DNA of 20,488 bases from Myxococcales bacterium. Its GTDB lineage: Bacteria; Myxococcota_A; UBA9042. The DNA lies in NCBI GenBank assembly GCA_037441385.1, contig JBBISH010000115.1, positions 1-20,488 of the forward strand, in the 5' to 3' direction. Positions 1 through 10,063 of this stretch are shown one piece after another. The position numbers and the translations under genes were made by a program. The stretch's first letter is position 1, and each line of letters starts with the position of its first letter. A model generated the notes under the pieces. That model had not been told where the DNA came from, ran no database searches, and saw nothing but the letters and a program-made list of their open reading frames with translations.

Positions 1-99
1 CCTCCGCCTCCGCCCCCGCCGCCGCCCCAAGTGGTGGAGGTGGCACCGTTGCCTCCGCCTCCGCCTCCGCCTCCGCCGCCTCCGCCTCCGCCCCCACCG
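1..99 (+). repeat. CCTCCG-type coding microsatellite encoding poly-proline tracts
   Basis: Bases 1-27 encode 9 Pro (possibly more upstream). Bases 52-99 encode 16 consecutive Pro, mostly alternating CCT/CCG. Confidence 0.9.
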
Positions 100-3000
100 G
101 CCGCGGTCGCTGTAGCGGACGAGTGGCAAGAGGTGGACGGCGCGACGGTGCCGGCAGACGCGGAACCTGCTACGTCTGCGGCGGCTTGGGCTAGCGCCGG
201 CCCCGAGCCGGCCAAGTCGGATACGATCGAGGAGTCGGCCATCGTCGTTCCCGCCAGTCAGGCCGACTCGGCCGAGGAGCGCGCGCCCACAGACGACTCT
301 TTGCTCGACGCGATGGACATGGGCGAAGACGCTGCAGAAGGCTTGCCCGCAGATCATGACCAAGAGCCCGTTGCGCCCGTCTCGCTGGCCGCGGCCGCAC
401 CGACGGAGCTTGACCAGCCCGTGGCCGATGCCCAACTTCTGACCGACCTGGACCAGGCGCGCAGCCAGTTGGCGACCGCGGAAGGCAACCTGGAGGCGAC
501 CGAGAGCGAGCTGCGCGCCGCCCGCAGCGACCTGGCTGCGCTGCAAGACGAGCTCGACGCCGCTCGCGCGGAGTTGACCGTAGAACGTGAGCGGGCAGCG
601 ACGGCCGCGGCCGAAGCGACCGAGCGCGCACAAGTGCTGCAAGAGACACAAGCGGCCCTGGAGCAAAGCCAAGCCGCACCGCCAGCGGGCGATCCAGAGT
701 TGGAACAACGCCTCCAAGAGGCGCAGGACCTGCTGGACCAGGCCCGCGCCGAGCTGGGCGAAGCCAAGTCGCTAGAAGCCGAGGCGCAAACGGCAGCTCA
801 AGCCCTGCAGGGCGACCTGGCGATCGTGCGCGAACAGCTGGCGGCCAAGACCACGGAACTAGCTGATCTTCATGAGTTGCTTGATGGCGAGCGGCTGACG
901 CGCCGGCTGGCCGAGCAAGACATGGACGCAGCCGAGCGCAAGGTGGGCGAGCTGGAAGCCGAGCTGCGGGGTGTGCGCGAGCAGTTGCAGGCGGCCCAGG
1001 CAGCGGCAGGGACAAGCGCCGAGGCCCAGGTTCAACTGGACGAGCGTGCGGCCCAACTGGCCGAGACGCAAGCCAAGCTGGACCAAGTCACCGGCGAACT
1101 ACAACAGGCGCAGGACCAGGTGCTGGCGTTGCAGGCCCAGCACGAGGCGTTGGCGGCCGACCATGGCGCCGCCCAGGCCGAGCTGGAGCAGGCCAAACTG
1201 GACCAGGCCAGCCAAGCCGAGCAATTGGAGGGATTGCGCGCACAGCTGGACGAACTGCAGGGGCAACTGGCCGCACTGCGCGAGCAGGCCAGCCAGGGCG
1301 ACCAGTCCGCCGCAGCGAGCCAGGCCGCGCTGGCGCAAGTCCGCGCCGAGTTGCAGGACCGCGACACCGCGCTGGCCGAGAGCAAACAGCAGATTGAAGC
1401 GCAGCACGATCAAGTCGCGGCGTTGCAGGCCCAGTTGGAAGAAGGCCAGAACGAATTGCAGAGGGCCCGCGACGAGGTGGCAGCGCTCGGCGGCGACAGT
1501 GCCGCACAGGCGCAGAAGGCCACTGATCTTCAAGCCGAACTGCAGCAGGCCGAACAACGGATCGGCGAATTGGCCGGCGAATTGGCTCAGGTCCGCGCGG
1601 ACCGCGTGACGGGAGAGGCCGCCCAGGGCGAGGCCCAGGCGGCGCTGGCCGAGGCCAAGGAGCAACTGGCCGCGGCGCAGGCCGACCTGGAGCAAACCCA
1701 GGCCAAGCTGGCTTCCTTGCAGGGCGATCTCGAGGGGCTGACTGCCCGCCTAGCGGACAGCGAGCGCGAGGGTGAGGCCGAGCGCCAGCGCCTGCACGGC
1801 GAGCTAGAAGCCGCACAAGCCCTTGTTGCTGAAGCAGAAAGCACGCATCAGCATCGTCTGGCTGCGGCCGATGGGGACCGCAGCGCGCTGGCCGAGGCAC
1901 TGGCCAAGGCCGAGGAGCAGAGCCGCAGCCAAACCGAGGCACTGCAACTCGCCAGCGAGCGCGAGCAGCAACTGCAAAGCAAGGTCAGCGACCTGCAGGC
2001 TGAGCGCGACCTGCTGACCGAGCAGCTGACGGCAAACGAGGCCCAGGCCACCGCGCAGCAGCAAGCCCTGGTGGCCGAGTTGGAGGGCAAGCTGGCGAGC
2101 GCAGAGCAGGCTCACGGCGAGGTGGCCGCGCAAGTCGCGATGCTGCAAGCCCAATCCGAGCAGGCCAAGGCATCCGCCGGGGATGCCACGGCGGCGCAGG
2201 GAGCCCTGCAAGCCCAACTCCAAGAACTGCAGGAAGGTCTGGCCCAAAAAGAGGCGGAGCTGGCTGCGGCTCAAAGTGCGGCGGGCGAGGCGGTCGAGCT
2301 TCGGGCACGGCTGGACGGAGCAGAGGCAGAGGTCGACACCCTGCGCCAGCAGATCGCCGCCGCTGCCCAGGCTGCGACAGAGGCCGAGCAAGTCCAGGCC
2401 GCGACGGCAGCCCAAGCCGACGAGCTCCGCGCGCAAATTACCAAGCTTGAGTCGCAGTTGCAGGCTGTCCAGGGCTCTGCTGGCGACGAGGCCGCGGCGC
2501 TGCGGGCGCAATTGACCGCCGCCGAAACGGACCTGGACGCGGCGCGCAATCGGGTGGCGGAACTCGAAGCTGGTGAGCGCGAGGCCCAGGTCAGTACGTC
2601 GGCGCTCTTGGCCCAGATCGACGCGCTAGAGACCGAGGCCAAAATTGCTCAGCAAGCTCGCGAAACCGCGGAGGCGTCTGCGGCGGGCGGAGCCGCGGAA
2701 CAGGGCCAATTGGCTGCCGACTTGGCGGCCGCCCGTGCCGAGGCCCAGCAGGCCGGCGATCGCGCAGCTTTGGCCCAGGCCCACGCCGAGCAGCACGAGG
2801 CCCAGGCCAACGAGCTGCGCGAGGCCGCCAATGCTGCGCAAGCCCAGGCCGAGGCGCTGGCCACTCAGCTGGCCGAAGCGCAGAGCCAAGCCAAGGAGCG
2901 CCTGGGCCAAGTGGCAGAACTGCACGCGCAGCAGGCCGCGTGGACGGCAGAGCGCGCCGAGTTCCAGGCGCAACTCCAGGCCGCGCAGGCTGCGGCGGCC

Positions 3001-3567
3001 CACGACACCAGCGGCCCGTGGCAAGAAAAGTGCACCGGCCTAGAGGCCGATCTCGAGCAGTTGCGCGCCGATCTGCAGCGCGTCAAATCCGCCCGGGTCG
3101 CCGCCGAGGCCGCGCTCCACGAGCAGGAGGCGCAAGTCGAAGCCGCCAAGGCCGAGGCCGGTCAGGCGCAATCCGAGCTGCAACAAGCGATCGACCGCGC
3201 CGAGCACGCCGAAAAGGCGGCGCGCGAAGCCGAACGGCGCATCCAAGCGGCCGAGACCAAAGCGGAACATGCCGAGAAGGCGGCCGCTGCCCCTGCCCCG
3301 GCGCCCGCGCCAGTTGGCGGTGCAGCCATCGACCTGGGTCCGGCGGCGCGGCTGGTCGACGAGCTCTACGGGGTCGTGTCGTCGTTCCGGCCCGATCTGC
3401 GGTCGATCGACGACGCCGCCCGACTGGTACTGAGCGACGACCCCGACGACCACGCCGAGGGTGCCGAGATGCTGCGCGAAAGCCTGGACAACGCCAATAG
3501 CCGCAGCGGCGAGCTCAAGAACTTGGCGGCGGCACTGCGCGATTTCGTCGAAAAGCACGGCCACTGA
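1..3567 (+). CDS. Large coiled-coil protein with poly-proline and acidic N-terminal region (5'-partial; frame is open from base 1)
   Basis: Frame 1 has no stop from base 1 (PPPPPPPPPQVVEV...) to TGA at 3565-3567, so the true start is probably upstream of the window. It has two poly-Pro runs, an acidic low-complexity linker, ~950 aa of A/E/Q/L-rich heptad sequence, an APAPAP linker and a ~75-aa C-terminal helical domain. Codon third positions are GC-rich. Confidence 0.85.
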   Translation, partial: PPPPPPPPPQVVEVAPLPPPPPPPPPPPPPPPPAAVAVADEWQEVDGATVPADAEPATSAAAWASAGPEPAKSDTIEESAIVVPASQADSAEERAPTDDSLLDAMDMGEDAAEGLPADHDQEPVAPVSLAAAAPTELDQPVADAQLLTDLDQARSQLATAEGNLEATESELRAARSDLAALQDELDAARAELTVERERAATAAAEATERAQVLQETQAALEQSQAAPPAGDPELEQRLQEAQDLLDQARAELGEAKSLEAEAQTAAQALQGDLAIVREQLAAKTTELADLHELLDGERLTRRLAEQDMDAAERKVGELEAELRGVREQLQAAQAAAGTSAEAQVQLDERAAQLAETQAKLDQVTGELQQAQDQVLALQAQHEALAADHGAAQAELEQAKLDQASQAEQLEGLRAQLDELQGQLAALREQASQGDQSAAASQAALAQVRAELQDRDTALAESKQQIEAQHDQVAALQAQLEEGQNELQRARDEVAALGGDSAAQAQKATDLQAELQQAEQRIGELAGELAQVRADRVTGEAAQGEAQAALAEAKEQLAAAQADLEQTQAKLASLQGDLEGLTARLADSEREGEAERQRLHGELEAAQALVAEAESTHQHRLAAADGDRSALAEALAKAEEQSRSQTEALQLASEREQQLQSKVSDLQAERDLLTEQLTANEAQATAQQQALVAELEGKLASAEQAHGEVAAQVAMLQAQSEQAKASAGDATAAQGALQAQLQELQEGLAQKEAELAAAQSAAGEAVELRARLDGAEAEVDTLRQQIAAAAQAATEAEQVQAATAAQADELRAQITKLESQLQAVQGSAGDEAAALRAQLTAAETDLDAARNRVAELEAGEREAQVSTSALLAQIDALETEAKIAQQARETAEASAAGGAAEQGQLAADLAAARAEAQQAGDRAALAQAHAEQHEAQANELREAANAAQAQAEALATQLAEAQSQAKERLGQVAELHAQQAAWTAERAEFQAQLQAAQAAAAHDTSGPWQEKCTGLEADLEQLRADLQRVKSARVAAEAALHEQEAQVEAAKAEAGQAQSELQQAIDRAEHAEKAAREAERRIQAAETKAEHAEKAAAAPAPAPAPVGGAAIDLGPAARLVDELYGVVSSFRPDLRSIDDAARLVLSDDPDDHAEGAEMLRESLDNANSRSGELKNLAAALRDFVEKHGH

Positions 3568-3584
3568 GGTCGCGACGCACCCCA

Positions 3585-4688
3585 TCACATAGGGTCGTGG
3601 CCGCCTTCTGCTTGCTGTTGCAACAGGTCGTCGAGCACCGCGAACAGCTGCTGGTTGCCCTCTTGGTGGTAGCTGGCCAGATTCGCGGCAAATTCACCTG
3701 CGCGGGCCAGCAGTTCCTCTACGTCGCCGTGCTCGATGTGGCTGCGGTGCAGCCCGTAGCCCAACTTTTGCAGGTAGACCGCGTTCAGCGTCTGCTCGAA
3801 CTGCCCAACCAGCGGGACCGACAGCATCGGCTTGTGCAGGTAAACCGCCTCGCCCATGAGCGAAAACCCGCCACCCGCGATCACTGCCTTGGCCGAGGCC
3901 AGGTGATCGACAAAGGTCGTCTCTGAAAACGGCTGGTGCAACAGGTTGCCATCGGCCTGGATCTCGGCGATGCCCCGGCGCATACCATAGACGAGAAATT
4001 TCTGATTCGTAAACGTTTTTAGCACCGCGGCCAGGCTGTCGGCCCCCTCGCCGGTCTGGTAGACCAGGACATGGTCGCCAGCGCTGGGGCGGGCGGCCAG
4101 AACCTCGGGGCGCAAGATCGGCGGCACCAAGGTGGTGCGATCGCGCTTGAGCGGAGGATAGAAAAAGCTCGTGATAATATAATGTTGACACCCAGGCAGC
4201 TTGGTTCGGACGATGCCCTTAGCCAGCAGAAACGCCGCTGGATCGACGCGGAAGACGTCGTCGTCGTGGTGGCAGCGGCTGAGGACCTGCATGTTGTCGA
4301 TGCTGATGACCGGCAGCCCGTGCGTCTTGGCGAACAGGTACGACCAGGACTCAAAATCCGAAATCACGACATCGGGTTGCCAGCTGCGGGCGATGTCGAA
4401 CCACTGGCGGATGTTGCCTGGCAAGCCGTCGTGCAGCGTGGCCGGCAGCAGCGCCTGCTTCAAGTTCGACAGGGCGGTCGCGCGTTTTTGGACCTCGTTG
4501 TCTTCGTAGATAAGGTGCAGACCGTGGATGCGGTGCACCCCACTGAAGTGCTTGGACAACATCGCGTGGGCGCGGCCCGAAACCACGATCTGCAACTCGT
4601 GCCCGCTGGCCAACAAGTGCTCGAGCACGACCCGCGATCGCGTTGCGTGCCCCATGCCTTCGCCGACCACACCGTAGAGAATCCGCAT
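3585..4688 (-). CDS. MJ1255/VC2487-family (GT-B, GT28-like) glycosyltransferase, 367 aa
   Basis: Family-typical motifs MRILYGVVGEGMGHATRS, PDVVISDFE, ISIDN, HVLVY and GGGFSLMGEAVYLHKPMLSVPLVGQFEQTLNA. Start reassigned to ATG at 4688, with GAGG 7-10 nt upstream, instead of 4799. Confidence 0.88.
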   Translation of the reverse strand: MRILYGVVGEGMGHATRSRVVLEHLLASGHELQIVVSGRAHAMLSKHFSGVHRIHGLHLIYEDNEVQKRATALSNLKQALLPATLHDGLPGNIRQWFDIARSWQPDVVISDFESWSYLFAKTHGLPVISIDNMQVLSRCHHDDDVFRVDPAAFLLAKGIVRTKLPGCQHYIITSFFYPPLKRDRTTLVPPILRPEVLAARPSAGDHVLVYQTGEGADSLAAVLKTFTNQKFLVYGMRRGIAEIQADGNLLHQPFSETTFVDHLASAKAVIAGGGFSLMGEAVYLHKPMLSVPLVGQFEQTLNAVYLQKLGYGLHRSHIEHGDVEELLARAGEFAANLASYHQEGNQQLFAVLDDLLQQQAEGGHDPM

Positions 4689-4805
4689 CGCCTGCCTCGC
4701 TGGCCGCCGCTGGTGCAGCCGTATTCGCCCGCCGCGCGCCAGTGTGGCACGGCCGATCCGCGCCAGCAAATGAGCAGCCTGCCCCCCAGCAGCGCACAAT
4801 CCACC

Positions 4806-4834
4806 TTGACCGCAACCCGGCGGCCCGCTAAGCT
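4806..4834 (+). promoter_or_regulatory. Putative sigma70-type promoter of rpsT
   Basis: TTGACC (4806-4811), 17-nt spacer, TAAGCT (4829-4834). It lies in the divergent intergenic region ~140 nt upstream of the rpsT start. Confidence 0.6.
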
Positions 4835-4976
4835 ATTGCCCCTCTGTGGGCTGTGGCGCCCAACGAGAACCCACCCGGCAGTCCCTGGCGATCGACGGCA
4901 AACTGCAGTCCAATCGCACAGATGACCTGCAACCCTAACGTAGCGGCTGGCCAAGAGCGGCCGCACGAGGTCCATC

Positions 4977-5231
4977 GTGGCGAACCATGTGTCGGCGCTC
5001 AAGCGCGCAAAGCAGAACGAGAAAGCCCGCAACCGCAACCGCGCGGGCAAAGCAGCCAACCGCACCGCGGTCAAGAAGTTCCTGGTCGCCGCCGAGCAGG
5101 GTCAGGGCGTGGCGGCGTTGCCGGCCGTGATGTCGCAGCTGGCCTCCAGCGCGGCCAAGGGCGTGATCCCCAAGAAGCGCGCCTCGCGCAAGATTGCGCG
5201 CCTGGCCAAGTCGCTCAACAAGGCCAACTAG
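4977..5231 (+). CDS. rpsT: 30S ribosomal protein S20 (bS20)
   Basis: 84 aa and basic. Contains MANHVSALKRAKQNEKARNRNR and AAKGVIPKKRASRKIARLAK. GTG start with GAGG at 4967-4970. Confidence 0.97.
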   Translation: MANHVSALKRAKQNEKARNRNRAGKAANRTAVKKFLVAAEQGQGVAALPAVMSQLASSAAKGVIPKKRASRKIARLAKSLNKAN

Positions 5232-5274
5232 TCCCCACGCGCCTGCTGGCGCCTGCAACTGGAGCACCGCCCGC

Positions 5275-5324
5275 GCGGTCGCAGTGCGGCAGTACGACCG
5301 CTGCCAGGGGCGCTGGGCGCCCCT
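5275..5324 (+). other. Two adjacent GC-rich hairpins downstream of rpsT (possible 3' end or pause structure)
   Basis: GCGGTCG (5275-5281) pairs with CGACCGC (5295-5301). AGGGGCGC (5306-5313) pairs with GCGCCCCT (5317-5324) around a 3-nt loop. There is no U-tract, so this is not a canonical intrinsic terminator. Confidence 0.35.
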
Positions 5325-5432
5325 CAAAATCAGCGCAGGCCCCAAAAAATTAGCGCAGGCCCCAAGACTAGCGCCGGCCCTAAAATTGGCGCAGGCCCTA
5401 GAATTAGCGCAGGCCCTAAAATTAGCGCAGGA
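5323..5432. repeat. Intergenic tandem repeat, 6 copies of ~18 bp, consensus CCTAAAATTAGCGCAGGC
   Basis: Units: ctcaaaatcagcgcaggc (5323), cccaaaaaattagcgcaggc (5341, 20 nt), cccaagactagcgccggc (5361), cctaaaattggcgcaggc (5379), cctagaattagcgcaggc (5397), cctaaaattagcgcagga (5415). No spacers. The last unit supplies the AGGAG ribosome-binding site of the next gene. Confidence 0.92.
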
Positions 5433-5443
5433 GTGTAGCCGTC

Positions 5444-6175
5444 ATGGCTTGGCTCAGGAACGAGGACCTGCTGCAGATCGGCAAGGACCCGCCCGGGTTG
5501 GAGTTGGCCGGCTATTGGCGGCGCGCCGCCGTGGGCGTTCCGGATTCGGCGCGGCGCTTGCTGAGCTATCTGGCCTCGAGCTTGGCGTCGCGCGGCTGGC
5601 TGGCGGGCACCGAAAACTTGCTGGTCCAAGCCGTGGAGCATCTGGCCGAGCCGGAAGCGCAGGTGCGCGCCGACTGGCAGTTCTTGACCGAGCGCGACCT
5701 CATCAGCGTGGATCAGGGCAAGGTGGTGGCGCTGGCTGGGCTTTTGGCCACGCGGCCAACGAATTTGCGCTTCGCCCTGGACTCGCACCACGAGCTGCAC
5801 TTGCTGGGCCCCCTGGCGGCGTTGGCGGTGGCGCGCGCACTGGGCCGCGCGGGCGAGGTGCGCGGCGTTTGCCTGGGTGACCGCACGACGCGCCTGACGC
5901 TGGCCTGTGACGTACACGGGGTCCACGCGCGCAATCCCGAGTCGATCGGCCTGTTTCTGCCGGCTTGGGATGGCACGAGCGCGCCGTCGGCCGCCAGCAC
6001 GGCGGGCGGATTGTTCGCCGACGACGACGCCTTGGGCGCTTGGCAAGACCAGAACGGAGACCCCGTGGGCATGCCGATCCCGTCGATGTTCTTTGGCATG
6101 GCCGCCGTGGACTTAGGCAACCAAGTCGGCGAAGCGCTAGAGAGCCTACTCAACCACTTGCCCGACTTCGATTAG
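5444..6175 (+). CDS. MerB (alkylmercury lyase)-fold protein with N-terminal wHTH-like region; catalytic residues apparently absent
   Basis: Segments [45 protein letters not shown] and [11 protein letters not shown] follow the order of MerB motifs (GL...PT.H.F; ...LG..A.V.S.C; .L.V...G....P; FFAS...A.AW). The WCAxD motif reads LGPLA. AGGAG lies upstream. Confidence 0.6.
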   Translation: MAWLRNEDLLQIGKDPPGLELAGYWRRAAVGVPDSARRLLSYLASSLASRGWLAGTENLLVQAVEHLAEPEAQVRADWQFLTERDLISVDQGKVVALAGLLATRPTNLRFALDSHHELHLLGPLAALAVARALGRAGEVRGVCLGDRTTRLTLACDVHGVHARNPESIGLFLPAWDGTSAPSAASTAGGLFADDDALGAWQDQNGDPVGMPIPSMFFGMAAVDLGNQVGEALESLLNHLPDFD

Positions 6176-6285
6176 CTGAACGCCGCCAGGGGCCTTGTGG
6201 GGCGATCGCCCAGGCCAGACGCTGGCAGTGCGGTGCGCTCTGCGCTATCCTCGCACGTTGGGGCACAAGCCCCCGCGAGGCCGCG

Positions 6286-7287
<1,002 letters not shown>

Positions 7288-7288
7288 A

Positions 7289-9349
7289 ATGCAGAAAAAA
7301 CTAGCTTGGTTGGTGCTGATCGCTGCGCTGGCGTTCGGCTGCGAGGCCAATTCGTCCCCGGCCGACAAGGCCGATGCGGCCGGCGCGGATACGACTGCCC
7401 CGTTCGACCTGAACAAGGCGATGTATGTCGGCGAGCAAACGGGAGCAGTGGCGCGCTACGACCTGGCGGCAAGCGACTGGCACGCCCTGCCCTTCCCCAC
7501 GGACACCCGCTTGGCGGCCGATGGCAGCGTGGACCTGTCGGGCTTCCCCGCGGCGCGCGACGGCGACACGGCGCAATTGCTCAAGGACTATCTGGGGTAC
7601 GTGCCAGCGACGCAAAAGGGGGGCTTCTCGATCCAGCCCACGATCTACGTGCAGTTCGACGCGCCGCTGGCCAAGCAGAGCTTGATGGCGCCGCAGGACA
7701 CGGGCAAGCAGTTCGGCGCCTATTTCTTGACTGGGTTGGACCCACAGTCGCCCGATTACGGCCAGCCGATCCCGGTGCGAGCGGCGCTGTCGCCGACGAC
7801 GCGCGGCCAGCACTTGCTGCCGAACCTGCTCATGATTCAGCCAATCTGGGGGCGACCCTTGCAGCCCGACCACCGCTACGGGCTGGTGGTGCGGCGCTCC
7901 ATGCGCGACGCCAGCGGCAAGATCTTGGCGCAACCGCCAGTGGTGACGCAGATCGCGGCGGCATGGCGGGCCGGCAAGGATCCGGCCAAGGACCATCCCG
8001 AGTTGGCCAAGCTCGCGACCGCGCTCAATCCGCTGCACCAAGCGATGCTGGCGAGCAAGGTGCCCGTGGCCTACGATGACATCGCCGCCATGACGGTGTT
8101 CACGACGGCCAACCCGGCCAAAGAACTGGTGGATCTGGCGCAGTGGCTGCGGACGCACTGGCAGCCCAAGGCGGCCGCCAACTGGAAGATCAGCAAGAAG
8201 ACCAACAACTACTGGATGCTGGAAGCGACCTACCCGTCGCCCAATTTCCAACAAGGGCAGTGCCCTTACGATGCACCCGGCAGCGGCGGGTTTACGTACA
8301 ACAGCAAGGGCGAGCCGGTCATTGACCACGAAGAGACGCTGCGCGTGTCCGTCATGCTCCCCTTGATGCGCAGCGCGGACGTGGCCGGCAAGACGCCGAT
8401 CGTGCTGTCGGCCCACGGCACCGGCGGCAACTATCAGAGCTATGCCCAGGGTGGCCCCAACGACATCGCCAATTACTTGGCGGTGCGCGGCCTTGCGATT
8501 GCGTCGATCGATCAGCCGCTCCACGGGCCGCGCTGCACCCCCGAACTGACCGACATGGCGCTGGGCCTAAAGACATTCAATTACACCAATATGATCGCGG
8601 GGCGCGGCGGCTTCCGGCAGTCGGCCTTGGACTCGGTGGTCCTGACGCAGATGGCGCTGCAAGGTCTGCTCGATCCGCCGGCCGAGTTTTCGCCCAAAGA
8701 CGCCGAGTACCGCTTTGATGCCAACCGCGTGAGCTTCATTGGCCACAGCCAGGGCGGGATCTCGGGGGCCCTGGTGGTAGCGATCGAGCCGGCGCTCAAG
8801 GCCTTTGTCCTATCGGGCGCGGGCGCAGGGTTGTCGCTCACCATCATGCAGCGCGTCGATCCGCTGCCGATCGCCGAGCTGATCACCAAGATGCTGCACT
8901 TGGACGAGGGCGAGCTGAGCGAATTCCATCCGGCTGTCAGCTTGGTGCAGACCCTGGCCGATGTGGTGGACCCTCTGGCCTACGGCTACCTGGCCACCCA
9001 GCGCAAAGCGGGGCTGCGGCCGCCGCACATCCTGCTGACCGAGGGCTTGCAAGACGTGTACACGCCGGCCGACACGTCGGAAGCGCTGGCGGCGTGCATC
9101 GGCCTGGATGTGCTGTCGCCGCTGGTGCATGCGAGCGACGCCATGCTGTTCCGCGACACCCAGACGCTGATCCCGCCAGTGACGGGCAACCAAGAGCGCA
9201 ACGGCTTTGCGACGACCTTGCTGCTCTCGCAGTGGCCGCACGATGGCCACTTCGCCATCTTCGACGAGCAAAAGGCCGCATGGCTGTACGGCAACTTCTT
9301 GCTGAGCGCAGCCAAGACGCTGGACGCGACCGCCGATTTTCCCAACTGA
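7289..9349 (+). CDS. Lipoprotein alpha/beta hydrolase (lipase/esterase-like) with N-terminal Ig-like region
   Basis: Signal peptide with lipobox LAFGC (Cys17). Oxyanion-region HGTGG, IDQPLHGPR, nucleophile motif GHSQG (8741-8755), candidate Asp in GLQDVYTP and His in DGHF. The start is 1 nt after the deoC stop. Confidence 0.8.
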   Translation: MQKKLAWLVLIAALAFGCEANSSPADKADAAGADTTAPFDLNKAMYVGEQTGAVARYDLAASDWHALPFPTDTRLAADGSVDLSGFPAARDGDTAQLLKDYLGYVPATQKGGFSIQPTIYVQFDAPLAKQSLMAPQDTGKQFGAYFLTGLDPQSPDYGQPIPVRAALSPTTRGQHLLPNLLMIQPIWGRPLQPDHRYGLVVRRSMRDASGKILAQPPVVTQIAAAWRAGKDPAKDHPELAKLATALNPLHQAMLASKVPVAYDDIAAMTVFTTANPAKELVDLAQWLRTHWQPKAAANWKISKKTNNYWMLEATYPSPNFQQGQCPYDAPGSGGFTYNSKGEPVIDHEETLRVSVMLPLMRSADVAGKTPIVLSAHGTGGNYQSYAQGGPNDIANYLAVRGLAIASIDQPLHGPRCTPELTDMALGLKTFNYTNMIAGRGGFRQSALDSVVLTQMALQGLLDPPAEFSPKDAEYRFDANRVSFIGHSQGGISGALVVAIEPALKAFVLSGAGAGLSLTIMQRVDPLPIAELITKMLHLDEGELSEFHPAVSLVQTLADVVDPLAYGYLATQRKAGLRPPHILLTEGLQDVYTPADTSEALAACIGLDVLSPLVHASDAMLFRDTQTLIPPVTGNQERNGFATTLLLSQWPHDGHFAIFDEQKAAWLYGNFLLSAAKTLDATADFPN

Positions 9350-9382
9350 ATTCGCACGGCGACGGCGGGGCTTGCACGGCCA

Positions 9383-10063
9383 ATGACGCACCTGCTGCTG
9401 CTGAACCTGAACTTGGACCCAGGCGAGCTGCCGGGTTGTCAGCGCATTGCCGGGGCCCTGGCGGCGCTGGGGGCGTCGGTCGAGATCGCCCACTTCTCGG
9501 CCTGGCCGGACCCGGCCGGCGCAGAGGGACTGGTGCTGGGCCCGCAAGGCACGCCGTTCAGCGCCTATCCAGCCGAGTTTCTGCCACACCTGCGGCGGTG
9601 GACAAACGGTACCCGGGCGCCGCTGCTGGCAATTTGCGGCGGGATGCAAGCGCTGGCGCTGGCCCACGGCGGCCAGTTGGGCAGTGTAGACGGCGGCCCG
9701 CAAGCGCAAGGCCGCGAGTACGGCGATCGACCGCGCATCAGCGGCCCAACTCCGGTGGAACTGATCCAGCCGCTGCCAGACCAGTGGCGCGGTTCCGCCA
9801 GCGACGAGCTGCGGCAACTTTGGAAATCTCCGCAGCTTTTTTGGCAGAGCCACGCCGAGCAGTTGACGAACGTGCCTCCCGGTTGGCGCGTGCTGGCCCA
9901 GAGCGCGGCAACGCCCATCGAGGCCTACGCGACCATGGGTCGCCCTTGGCTGGGCTGCCAATTCCACCCCGAACGCGGCTGGCTCCCGGGCGAACAGGGC
10001 TGCCCGGCTGGCCAATTGCTACTGCAGGCGTGGCTGGAAAATCGGGCGGCGGCTACTGTTTGA
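9383..10063 (+). CDS. Stand-alone class I glutamine amidotransferase-like protein
   Basis: PLLAICGGMQAL (nucleophile Cys), QSHAE and GCQFHPE (His-x-Glu) give an intact triad. Overlaps the convergent kinase gene by 11 nt. Confidence 0.85.
   Translation: MTHLLLLNLNLDPGELPGCQRIAGALAALGASVEIAHFSAWPDPAGAEGLVLGPQGTPFSAYPAEFLPHLRRWTNGTRAPLLAICGGMQALALAHGGQLGSVDGGPQAQGREYGDRPRISGPTPVELIQPLPDQWRGSASDELRQLWKSPQLFWQSHAEQLTNVPPGWRVLAQSAATPIEAYATMGRPWLGCQFHPERGWLPGEQGCPAGQLLLQAWLENRAAATV

Noticed and set aside
1..3567. SMC or phage tape-measure assignment for the coiled-coil protein
   Set aside because: There is no C-terminal ABC signature or Walker B motif, no hinge domain, and no phage genes nearby.
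4173..4190. TATAAT (4178-4183) and TTGACA (4185-4190) inside the glycosyltransferase gene as an antisense promoter
   Set aside because: The boxes are in the wrong order and neither has a correctly spaced partner. They are explained by the CQHYII codons on the minus strand.
4744..4762. Sigma54 promoter at TGGCACG
   Set aside because: The -24 box matches but the required GC at -12 is absent (CC instead). The same applies to CGGCACG near 19846.
5323..5432. CRISPR array
   Set aside because: The repeats are contiguous with no unique spacers, are only ~18 bp long, and there are no cas genes in the window.
5194..5880. 228-aa ORF translating the tandem repeat as LKLAQA units
   Set aside because: It overlaps rpsT and the MerB-like gene out of frame, the rest of its sequence is shadow-like, and a 20-nt unit breaks the periodicity.
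5965..6285. Longer 440-aa start for deoC
   Set aside because: It overlaps the upstream gene by ~210 nt and encodes Arg-rich shadow sequence. TTG at 6286 has a well-placed RBS.
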